From Tubiluchus corallicola (taxonomy: Eukaryota; Animalia; Priapulida), in contig JAQGDQ010000070.1 of assembly GCA_030141605.1 (NCBI GenBank), forward strand, positions 248,001 through 312,000: a DNA stretch of 64,000 nucleotides, in the 5' to 3' direction. The notes beneath the pieces are model-generated. The model had not been told where the DNA came from. It was given only the letters and a program-made list of their open reading frames with translations, and searched no databases. Made by a program: the position numbers and the translations under genes. Shown here in pieces: positions 26,801 through 38,445 of this stretch. The first letter of the stretch is position 1. Each line of letters begins with the position of its first letter.

Positions 26801-29800
26801 ACAAAGAAGTCTAGCAGTGGCAATTTTGGTAAACTGAAACATATTCTTCAGACCTTGTCCACCTGCTGGAGCAGACATAAAGGTACGGTCTGATATTTGG
26901 TGAGTGCTATTCTGTGAAATCAAATTGTTTGCCAACGTCTTTAATTAGTGAAAGGTATTAGTTATCTCTAATATATTTAGTATTAATTGAATTACTCTTC
27001 ATACCACATGTGTAGCATGTGTGCTTCTTCTGGAATTATCTGTGAATAGAGAAGATGAGCTACCCCTGTCCTTCTGCAGCTCCTATCACAGGAGATTTTG
27101 GGAGTCAGACCATGTGCCGTACCAGAAAACTCTTCCGATCAGACTAAGGAGCAGTACCAAGATGCATTCTGAGGCACATTGAAAGACTTTTTGCAGTTTT
27201 ATGTAGTGGCATTTATAGTGAGTTGAAAGCTGTTCTTCAGATTCTGCCCACTTTCCCCAGCAGCCCAATGACCATTTTTATTGCGATCTACATGCCATTG
27301 GAATCTGGTGTTAATCAGACAAAAGAGCTACTGCGACCGTGTACTAGATGTTGCATGTTAATATCAAAATGCACAAGCTTCTGTGAAAGTCATACCTGCA
27401 ATTAGGCAACATGGACAGCAACACTGATGAATTTAGATAAGCATCCTCTGTGTCATAACAAATTTATAATGCACCAGAATTTTTCAAAAGTAAATGAAGA
27501 GATATGCAGGTCAAATGGCAGTGATTCAAACAGTGTTAGGAAAACTCAAACCACTAACACTCGTGAAACATATACGTACTAATCTTCATTGGGGTTTCTG
27601 ACATCAGCCATCAGGGTTTTATTAAAGCAAATAGCAAGATTGTTGTGGTTTATGAATAAAGTTTTATTTGAATCATGCATCATCATATCATGGTAGTGAC
27701 CATTTATCGTTACACCACGTCGTGCCATGATTAGATTGTTACACACCACTTAATGAAGTTGTACTAATTATATAATTAGATCGTATTACATAGTTGGTCT
27801 TAATTAAGTTACTTGTCATATCATGGGTACAGCACAGGTTATTCTTCTTGAATTACCTGTGAACAGGGGAGTTGAGGTGCCCCCTTCCCTCTGTAGCCTC
27901 AGGAGAGTGGCTCTTCCATGCTTTCTTTTTCCTGGATGATGATTCTTTTGCCATAGTAGACTTCAGTACACTGAACTAGAGGTTTTTCTAAAGACCTCCA
28001 CTAGGACAATGGGACAATTCATTTTTGCAGTCTGAAGGAACCATGTAGCGGCACTCAGGGTAAACTGCAACATATTTTTCAGACTTTGGTGTCTGGCTGC
28101 AGCAGCCCTAATGGTACGATCTAACTATTGGTGAGTGCTGTTTTTTATTACGTGACATCAACTTGTTTTCTAAAGTCATTAATTAGTGAAAGCCAGCAAT
28201 TATCGCTAATACATTTAGTCTTAATTGTGAAGCATTTGTCATATCATAGGCACAGCACATGTTTTTCTTCTTGAATTACCTGTGAACAGAAGAATTGAGG
28301 TGCCCCCTTTGCTATGCAGCCTCAGAAGGGTAGCTCTTCAGTGCTTTCTGTGCTTTCTTGTTCTTGGATGTCAATACATAAAAAAGTAGATTTTGGTGGA
28401 CTGAACCAGTGGACTTGCAGAATACCTGTACAGCATACAAAAAAGTCTTGCAGTGGCAATTTTGGTAAACTGAAACATATTCTTCAGACCTTGTCCACCT
28501 GCTGGAGCAGACATAAAGGTAGGGTCTGATATTTGGTGAGTGCTCTTCTGTGATATCTAAGAGTTTGCCAATGTCTTTAATTAGTGAAAGGTATTAGTTA
28601 TCTCTAATATATTCAGTATTAATTGAATTACTCTTCATACCACATGTGTAGCATGTGTGCAATAGAGAAGATGAGCTACCTCTGTCCTTCTGCAGCTCCT
28701 ATCACAGGAGATTTTGGGAGTCAGACCATGTGCCGTACCAGAAAACTCTTCTGATCAGACTAAGGAGCAGTACCAAGATGCATTCTGAGGCACATTAAAA
28801 GACTTTTTGCAGTTTTATGTAGTGGCATTTATAGTGAGTTGAAAGCTGTTCTTCAGATTCTGCCCACTTTCTCCGGCAGCCCAATGACCATTTTTATTGC
28901 GATCTACATGCCATTGGAATCTGGTGTTAATCTAACAAAAGAGCTACTGTGACCGTGTACTAGATGTTGCATGTTAATATCAAAATGCACAAGCTTCTGT
29001 GAAAGTCATACCTGAAATTAGGCAACGCAGACAGCAACACTGATGAATTTAGACAAGTATCCTCTGTGCCATAACATAAATTTATAATGCACCAGAATTT
29101 TTCAAAAGTAAATGAAGAGATATGCAGGTCAAATGGCAGTGATGCAAACAGTGTTAGGAAAACTCAAACCACCAAGACTCGTGAAACAATATACGTACTA
29201 ATCTTCATTGGGGTTTCTGACATCAGCCATCAGGGTTTTTATTAAGGCAAAATTGTTAGCAAGATTGTTGTGCTTTATGAATAAAATTTTATTTGAATCA
29301 TGCATCATCATGTTATGGTAGTGACCATTTATCGTTACACCACGTCGTGCCATGATTAGATTGTTACGCACCACTTAGTGAAGTTGTACTAATTATATAA
29401 TTAGATCGTATTACATAGTTGCTCTTAATCAAGTTACTTGTCATATCATGGGTACAGCACAGGTTTTCCTTCTTGAATTACCTGTGAACAGGGGAGTTGA
29501 GGTGCCCCCTTCCCTCTGTAGCCTCAGGAGAGTGGCTCTTCCATGCTTTCTTTTTCCTGGATGATGATTCTTTTGCCATAGTAGACTTCAGTGCACTGAA
29601 CTAAAGGTTTTTCTAAAGACCTCCACTAGGACAATGGGAAAACTCATTTATGCAGTCTGAAGGAACCATGTAGCGGCACTCAGGGTAGACTGCAACATAT
29701 TTTTCAGACTTTGGTGTCCAGCTGCAGCAGCCCTAAAGGTACGTTCTAACTATTGGTGAGTGCTATTTTTTATTATGTGACATCAACTTGTTTTCTAAAG

Positions 29801-32800
29801 TCATTAATTAGTGAAAGCCAGCAATTATCGCTAATACATTTAGTCTTAATTATGAAGCATTTGTCATATCATAGGCACAGCACATGTTTTACTTCTTGAA
29901 TTACCTGTGAACAGGAAACTGAGGTGCCCCTTCGCTATGTAGCCTCAGAAGAACGGCTTTTCAGTGCTTTCTTGTTCCTGGATGGCAATACACAAAAAAG
30001 AGTAGATTTTGGTGGACTGAACCAGTGGACTTGCAGCAAAACCTGTACAGCATACAAGGAAGTCTTGCAGTGGCAGTTTTGGTAAACTGAAACATATTCT
30101 TCAGACCTTGACCACCTGATGGAGCAGACATAAAAGTATGGTCTGATATTTGGTGAGTGCTATTCTGTGATATCAAATTGTTTGCCAACGTCTTTAATTA
30201 GTGAAAGGTATTAGTTATCTCTAATATATTTAGTATTAATTGAATTACTCTTCATACCACATGTGTAGCATGGGTGCTTCTTCTGGAATTATCTGTGAAT
30301 AGAGAAGATGAGCTACCCCTCTCCTTCTGTAGCTTAGCAGAGCAGCCCTTTAGTCCTTTTAGTTTTTTTTGTTTCCAGATGATGACACCTATATCACAGG
30401 AGATTTGAGAAGTCGGGCCATGTGCTGTAGCAGAAAACTCGTCCAATCAGACTAAGGAGCAAGCACCAAGATGCATTATGAGGCTCATTAAAGACTTTTT
30501 GCGGTTTTATCTAGTTTCATTTATTGTGAGTTGAAAGCTGTTCTTCAAATTCTGCCTACCTTTTTCAGCAGCCCAATGACTATTTTTCTTGTAATCTACT
30601 TTCCACTGAAATCCGCTGTTAATCTGACAAAAGAGCTACTGCAACCATGTACTAGATTCTGCATGTTGATACCAAATGCACAAGCTTCTGCGAAAGACAT
30701 ATCGGAAATTAAGCGACATGGACAGCAACAACAATGATGAAGACGAGCATTCTCTGTGCCATAACTTAAATTGATGATGCAGCAGAATTCTTCAAAACTA
30801 AAGAGATATCCAGGTCAAGTGGCAGTGATGCAAACAGTGTTAGGAAAACTCAACCCGTCAACACTCGTGAAACAATATACGTACTAATCTTCATTGGGGT
30901 TTCTGACTTCAGCCATCAATGTTTTATTAAGGCAATTAGTTAGCAAGATTGTTGTGGTTTTATGAATAAAGTTTTATTTGAATCATGCATCATCATATCA
31001 TGGTAGTGACCATTTATCGTTACACCACGTCGTGCCATGATTAGATTGTAACGCACCACTTAGTGTAGTTGTACTAATTGTATAATCAGATCGTATTGCA
31101 TAGTTGGTCTTAATTAAGTTACTTGTCATATCATGGGTACAGCACAGGTTTTTCTTCTTGAATTACCTGTGAACAGGGGAGTTGAGGTGCCCCCTTCCCT
31201 CTGTAGCCTCAGGAGAGTGGCTCTTCCATGCTTTCTTTTTCCTGGATGATGATTCTTTTGCCATAGTAGACTTCAGTGCACTGAACTAAAGGTTTTTCTA
31301 AAGACCTCCACTAGGACAATGGGAAAACTCATTTATGCAGTCTGAAGGAACCATGTAGCGGCACTCAGGGTAGACTGCAACATATTTTTCAGACTTTGGT
31401 GTCCAGCTGCAGCAGCCCTAAAGGTACGTTCTAACTATTGGTGAGTGCTATTTTTTATTATGTGACATCAACTTGTTTTCTAAAGTCATTAATTAGTGAA
31501 AGCCAGCAATTATCGCTAATACATTTAGTCTTAATTATGAAGCATTTGTCATATCATAGGCACAGCACATGGTTTTCTTCTTGAATTACCTGTGAACAGG
31601 AAACTGAGGTGCCCCTTCGCTATGTAGCCTCAGAAGAACGGCTCTTCAGTGCTTTCTTGTTCCCTGGATGGCAATACACAGAAAAGAGCAGATTTTGGTG
31701 GACTGAACCAGTGGTCTTGCAGAAAAACCTGTACAGCATACAAAGAAGTCTTGCAGTGGCAATTTTGGTAAACTGAAACATATTCTTCAGACCTTGACCA
31801 CCTGATGGAGCAGACATAAAGGTACGGTCTGATATTTGGTGAGTGCTATTCTGTGATATCAAATTGTTTGCCAACGTCTTTAATTAGTGAAAGGTATTAG
31901 TTATCTCTAATATTTTTAGTATTAATTGAATTACTTTTCATACCACATGTGTAGCATGGGTGTTTCTTCTGGAATTATCTGTGAATAGAGAAGATGAGCT
32001 ACCCCTCTCCTTCTGTAGCTCAGCAGAGCAGCCCTTTAGTCCTTTTAGTTTTTTTTGGTTTCCAGATGATGACACCTATATCACAGGAGATTTGATAAGT
32101 CGGGCCATGTGCTGTAGCAGAAAACTCTTCCAATCAGACTAAGAAGCAAGCACCGAGATGCATTATTAGGCTCATTAAAGACTTTTTGCAGTTTTATTTA
32201 GAGGCATTTATTATGAGTTGAAAGCTGTTCTTCAAATTCTGCCTACCTTTTTCAACAGCCCAATGACTATCTTTCTTGTAATCTACTTTCCACTGAAATC
32301 CGCTGTTAATCTGACAAAAGAGCTACTGCAGCCATGTATTAGACTCTGCATGTTGATACCAAATGCACAAGCTTCTGCGAAAGTCATATCGGAAATTAAG
32401 CGACATGGACAGCCACAACAATGATGAACTTTGACGAGCATTCTCTGTGCCATAACTTAAATTGATGATGCAGCAGACATCTTCAAAACAAAAGAGATAT
32501 CCAGGTCAAATGGCAGTGATGCAAACAGTGTTAGGAAAACTCAACCTGTCAACACTCGTGAAACAATATAATCTGGCATGTCTTCTGGAAGATTTTCCAT
32601 AAACACACACCAACAACCCACAAACACAACCACAAAAAAATAGACGTTTTCTGACATCAGCCATCAGGATTTTATTAAGGCAATTATTTAGCAAGATTGT
32701 TGTGGTTTATGAATAAAGTTTTATTTGAATCATGCATCATCATCATATCATGGTAGTGACCATTTATCGTAACACCACGTCGTGCCATGATTAGATTGTT

Positions 32801-33212
32801 ACGCACCACTTACTGAAGTTGTACTAATTATATAATTAGATCGTATTACACAGTTGGTCTTAATTAAGTTACTTGTCATATCATGGGTACAGCACAGGTT
32901 TTTCTTCTTGAATTACCTGTGAACAGGGGAGTTGAGGTGCCACCTTCCCTCTGTAGCCTCAGGAGAGTGGTTCTTCCATGCTTTCTTCTTCCTGGATGAT
33001 GATTCTTTTGCCATAGTACACTGAATTAGAGGTTTTTCTAAAGACCTCCACTAGGACAATGGGACAACTCATTTATGCGGTCAGAAGAAATCTTGTAGCG
33101 GCACTCAGGGTGAACTGTAACATATTTTTCAGACTTTAGTCTCCGACTGCAGCAGCCCTAGGTACGTTCTAAATATTGGTGAGTGCTATTTTTTATTCCT
33201 TGACATCAACTT
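23870..33212. repeat. Higher-order tandem array: 5 full ~1.5-1.75 kb units, 1 partial unit and a diverged proximal remnant
   Basis: Marker cagccatc at 24440, 25973, 27605, 29224, 30910, 32658. Each unit is a linker plus three homologous subunits starting ...ttcttgaattacctgtgaac / ctggaattatctgtgaat. Confidence 0.95.
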
Positions 33213-33224
33213 GACAATAAAAGA

Positions 33225-34750
33225 ACATGACCTAAGGAAAGCCTTTGAGCAGGATGGAATTCCATCTCTCGTCTTTAAAATGTACAAATCTGAACTGTCT
33301 TCTGCACTGGCTAAGCTGCTCAGCGCCAGCGTTGCTATTTTATGTTTTCCGTTTTCCTGGAACATTGGTGTCAGTTACCCCTGCTTTAATAAGGTAATCC
33401 TGAGAATTCTGATCCATCAATTTGCGGCACTACTAGGGTACTGCCAATCATCAGTAAAATCTTTGAAGCCATACTAAATAAGCATTTATTATGTTTCCGA
33501 GACAATAACAACAATCTTCTTGCTCATGTCCAGTATCCACTGCTGACGCGCCAGCCTTACACACATGGATTCTAAATCGTTAATAGAGCCTCAAAGTGTC
33601 AAGATAAGGCTAGAGAAAACTGTCAAGACTAGCCCTTCAAGACTTGACGAAGTCTGTCACAAAGGCCTACTCCACAAACTGCATGTGTGGCAATACGTTG
33701 TCTATTTTATATACAATATCTCGTATATATAGTTTTTGTTATACTTTTGATGCCAAAATATGCCCAAATGTCCTGAGGTAGATTTCAGTAGCTTTATTAC
33801 GTTTTATCTGCAAACAAACGAAATAATTGTAAGTAGATTTGTCATGTTTAACGTAATTATTGATATCTAATCGAGTAATATGTATCTGAAAAATTACAAC
33901 ATTGTAACTTAGACGACGATTTTGCAAAAAAATAGAAACCCTTACGTCTTGGCATCTCTTAGCCCTCTCGAAGAGAAAAATATTATTTGAAGGCAACGTA
34001 GCTTATATTGTACATAAAAACAGTACTCGAAACTTGAACATGTACAGGTGAAAATCTGATGTCACCTGAGCATCACACCTGAACAGGACTGGTCACGTCA
34101 CCAATCGCAAAACGTATTTCCGGTTCAAAATTAGAACACCTTGCGCAACGTTCATATCTCATTTTATATAAGATTACATATCTTAAGTTGTCAATAATTG
34201 CAAATTGCAAGTATCTTTATTTATCACCTTTTTTTACAAGACAAACACAATGCATGGTACGATAATATGGTAATATGATATTAAGTGACAAAGTTATTAA
34301 ATGAATAAATTATGAGTCAATGGTGTTCAAGTGATTGGTGAAAGGGTGGCGAAAAACTAAAAGTTACCAAAGTCAACCAGCCTGATTGTGGTTGTTTATA
34401 AGGGCAGTCTTCGTTTGCTTATGAAACAAATGCCACTGTTCCTCAAGGGTCTGCATCAGCTCCTACTTCGTTTTGCTGCGCATTAATTACCAGCCAGATT
34501 CTATACTCTTTATAACCTTGCTAGCTATGCTTGTGATACTACTCAATACTCAGACTACACTATTTATGACAATGTGTCTCTTGGCGACGCCTAAACCAGA
34601 AACTTCTCAAATGTTTGAAAGAGATCTTGAAATGGGCTGCTGGTGTTGTAACTGGCTTGTCACATTTAATGTGATGAAAAGGAGGTGTTCTCGTCATCAT
34701 TGTGCCAGTGTGCTACATCGTCTCTATGTCTTTATCACCGTTCCACGTAC
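33225..34750 (+). mobile_element. Decayed LINE (CR1/Jockey-group) RT fragment split by a ~650 bp insertion
   Basis: KAFEQDGIPSLVFK..ELSSALAKL, LPIISKIFEAILNKHL, DEVCHKGLLHKL (33225-33700); resumes GQSS..NATVPQGS, ERDL, WLVTFN (34380-34700); frameshifts and stops. Confidence 0.8.
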
Positions 34751-37700
34751 AAGGAATTGCAGGGTTGACCACAGATCAGCCTAAACAGATTTCAATCTTT
34801 GCAGGTTATAAGGTGAGGCATCAGCTCAGGTGTGACTGCAGTACTTTCGTACAAGGTCGAATGGCTGATTTGAAAATATAAAGCATTGTACCATGATAAT
34901 TACAAGCAAAATACAGATAATCCCACTTCTTCAAGTGGGATATCTAGGTACGATAATTACGTATATAGGTGATAACTATGTTCAATTATTTAGCAGACAA
35001 CTTTACATCATTATTAAAGCCATGTTAACCAGCGCCCAAACTACCTATCTTATCACAAATGAAAGGTAGCTGACTTGATGACTTAGTCAATTGGCTACCC
35101 TATCTCATTGACTTTATATTTACTTTAATAAACACATTTACTATATTTGTATTTACATATTTTTATACATGTATTCGTTCCTGAAATGTCACAGAGAAAA
35201 ATAAACTTGATTTGATTCAATAATGTAAGTGAACATTAAGAAGGTTGATCATCAAAGTACCCCCACAAAATCTACGTTACGCAAAATGGTCTGCACAGTG
35301 CAACATAACATATGTGATTTGCTCACATCTGGGTGATTTTCCCACTTCTTGCAGGGTCTAGAATGCTGTTATTCCAACTTCCATTGATCAAGGCAACAAC
35401 AATGCGAAATCAACGGTGTTCTGCTGTATTGTCTGCAATGAAAAGGCGTGTATAATGGCTGAAATTTTCAAATATTGCCAACATTAACGTGTTTAAAAAT
35501 GCAGAAGCAAGAAGAAGAGTCAGTCATTATTGACAATTGTCTGGTCGCATTAAGAGAACTCTGTGTATATTTAGTTATTAACCATAAAGGGAATGTGATT
35601 GAACAATAGGTACACTAAAGTTTGCTGTTCACATATACGTAATATATAAAACTGTAGGCATATCAATGTCAGAAATAAAACATACAGCATAGATTTTTTA
35701 AAACTCTAAAAGGTTGATTGATTTAACTCAGGATTATAATTTTGACTTGTCTCTTATCATTTATCTCTTATCTGTCTCTTATCTTGAATTATCACTTATA
35801 ATGTGATAACGAAATTACGTGAATTTTATGTTATTCGAATAGTTTCGGCTTCCAATAGTATTGTTAAGTGGCTACTCGAATGTAAAGGATCCGAGTTCGA
35901 ATGTGGAATGCAGATATTTTTGAAACGTTAATTCATTTTATTTAAAAGTAGTCAGGAATTACTGACTAGGATGGTGGCAGGTGTTTTTCATACTTTCATT
36001 TATTACACCTATACCTTTCTCGTTCTTCTACATCTTTACAGATACTAAGAACGACGTCTATGACAAAGGATGCTCCAGATCGATCCTGCTATTGTGTCAC
36101 CTTTTTGAGTCACCGCTACTGTGAGCTTGAAGATCGTATCAAACCCAAGGTGACCTTAAAGTGCTTCATTTATGAAAAAGCCAAGATTTATTATTTGCAG
36201 ACACTAAATGTAGACTATTCATGATTAAATGAATATGCACAAATCAAGAATGATAAATTCATGAGTAAGTTTATTATAACACACAGATCCTGAATAGAAA
36301 GAATGTGTTTTACACAAATTTTAGCTTAGTAACGGCATTAGTGGCTAAATTGATGCAATATTTAAAATTGGATTGTAGAATATGGTTTGCCAGTTAAGCG
36401 GGAGTGGCAAGGTAAATCAAGGACTGTGCCCAAAACCTTTGTGTGATTTGATTACAGCCTGTGTCTTCAAAGTATATAGTCAAGGAGCTGACAGATGTTT
36501 GTAATAACTGTTTGTTGAACCGTAAAACAGAACACAAAAGAGAAAAACTGTATAGTGTATACGCTAAGCATGAAAAAGTAACAGACTACAACAATGCAAA
36601 GAAACCACATGTCTATGGTATAATAGTTCAAGTACATAAACACAGTACAACAAAGTAATATGTTTTATCCTCACCGCTGTCGCGTTTTGTGCGATATTTA
36701 CGTTGAGGTAACAGTGGGAGAAATATTTCAAAATGCGGAAAGGGAGAGGTGGTTATCATTAAAATCGGGAGAATTGGATCGTCTGCCCTACTCCTAACTC
36801 AGGCAAAACATAGTTTTCATGAAATTCAGCTGTAAAGGTTAAGTATTACCCTAATTACTATGCAATGTGCATGTAACCCAGAAAGTAGAAGGTAGTAGTT
36901 TACTAGCAGCACAATTTAATGCGCGGAAGTACTGGGCACACCTATTGTCCATACAGCCTAGATTACAGACGACTTCGTATTATGGTTTTCATACAGTTAC
37001 AGATTGATAAGTAAACAGTGAAACCTCCTTACTTGACGTATTCCAAAATTATTTTTGGCCGTCTGAGATATAATCTGGTGTGACTTGCGTAAATTTAGCG
37101 AGGCAAATTCTGATACAGTACTATAGTAGTATTTGATTTGCGTTTTACCGCATACGCGCGTATGTTGTTCACTGCGCTAGAGATACTTGTGACGTCACAC
37201 CGAAACTAATGCTTATTTTTGCCTGCATTTGTGAGTTTTTAAATATGATATTGTTATCAGCAATGTCTAAACTACATTTTGATACCCAACTATGTTTTGC
37301 CTTCAATGCCGTTTTAAGTTAAAGAAACGTTTTTCATGTACTAAATTATCAAAAGTTAGTTTTTTATTACACGGAAAAACAAAGTTTCGTCCACTAGAAC
37401 CTGAAGTCTGCTACTAGTAGGCGAAACACTGTTTTTTCGTCTAATAAACAGTTAGCAGTTTAATGTGTGGTCTGCCCTTATTTTGCTAACGTGTCAGATC
37501 AATTTTGTTAAGTACCAGGCGGTATGTTCGTGGTCATACTAAATTAAACCTGTACGTTTAATTAAAATCAGCTACTTTGGAAGTTAAAGATAAAGGTGAT
37601 TGCCAGTTAGAGGGTGTTTGGTGGTCAGTTGGTATGCTTGCAAGAATGTTCTGCATTGTTCTGATATTGCAGTTTTGGAAACGTAGGTTATCAGTTCATC

Positions 37701-37899
37701 AAACTTATAAATTGCTACTTGCATAGGCCTCATTTAAGTTCAATATTTTTTCTCTGTGTCTGTTAAGAGTATGTAAGCTCTTGTTTTATATCAGTCTAGG
37801 AATGATGAGCTTATGACAACTTGATCACCTTTGCTGCGTCCGTTTGGGAAATAGGGTAGGAAGAGGTAATGGCAGAAACTTGAAAATATTTAAAATGAT

Positions 37900-38445
37900 T
37901 AGAAATGGAATTGCCGTATTTATTAAATAACTGAGAAGGGTAATTTGAAATTAACTACCTTACGAAGCATTTCTCATCACATACCAAGAGCCACTTGTGA
38001 ACGTATATAAATTTACCTGCTGTCGAATATGATGACGCTATATGGTCAGGTTGTTATAAAAATCTATTGGCCCATTTAGAAAATGTTCAGATGACTGCAG
38101 CAAGAATCTGTTCAGGAGCAATGTATAGATCTAATATAGAAAAAGTATTGTGGCTTCAACAGGCTGTCACTTCGTTGTAAGCATAACCGTTTGGGTTTAA
38201 TTTCCGTTTGGGTTTAAAACTGTAAATAATTTAACACCCCAGTGCGTTTGCTCTATTCTCCTACCTAAAGTACAAGATCTTCCTCCATGTGCGTAATAAT
38301 GGTAATTATAAAAAAATTGATGTTAGTTCAGTTGCTTTTGAGAAATAATTTTTTGTGGAATCTACAAATCATTGGAATGCTTTACTTGCAAATCTGCATG
38401 AACTAACATCTTTGTCCACATTTAAAAGGAACTACAAAAGTATTT
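37900..38445 (+). mobile_element. Decayed CR1-like LINE ORF2 C-terminal fragment
   Basis: PAVEYDDAIWSGC..LENVQMTAARICSGA..NIEKVL and FFVESTNHWNAL..LTSLSTFKR. Confidence 0.7.

Noticed and set aside
23870-33212. CRISPR-like or histone-cluster interpretation of the array
   Set aside because: Whole units are repeated with no unique spacers, there are no cas genes, the context is eukaryotic, and no translation matches a histone or other recognised family
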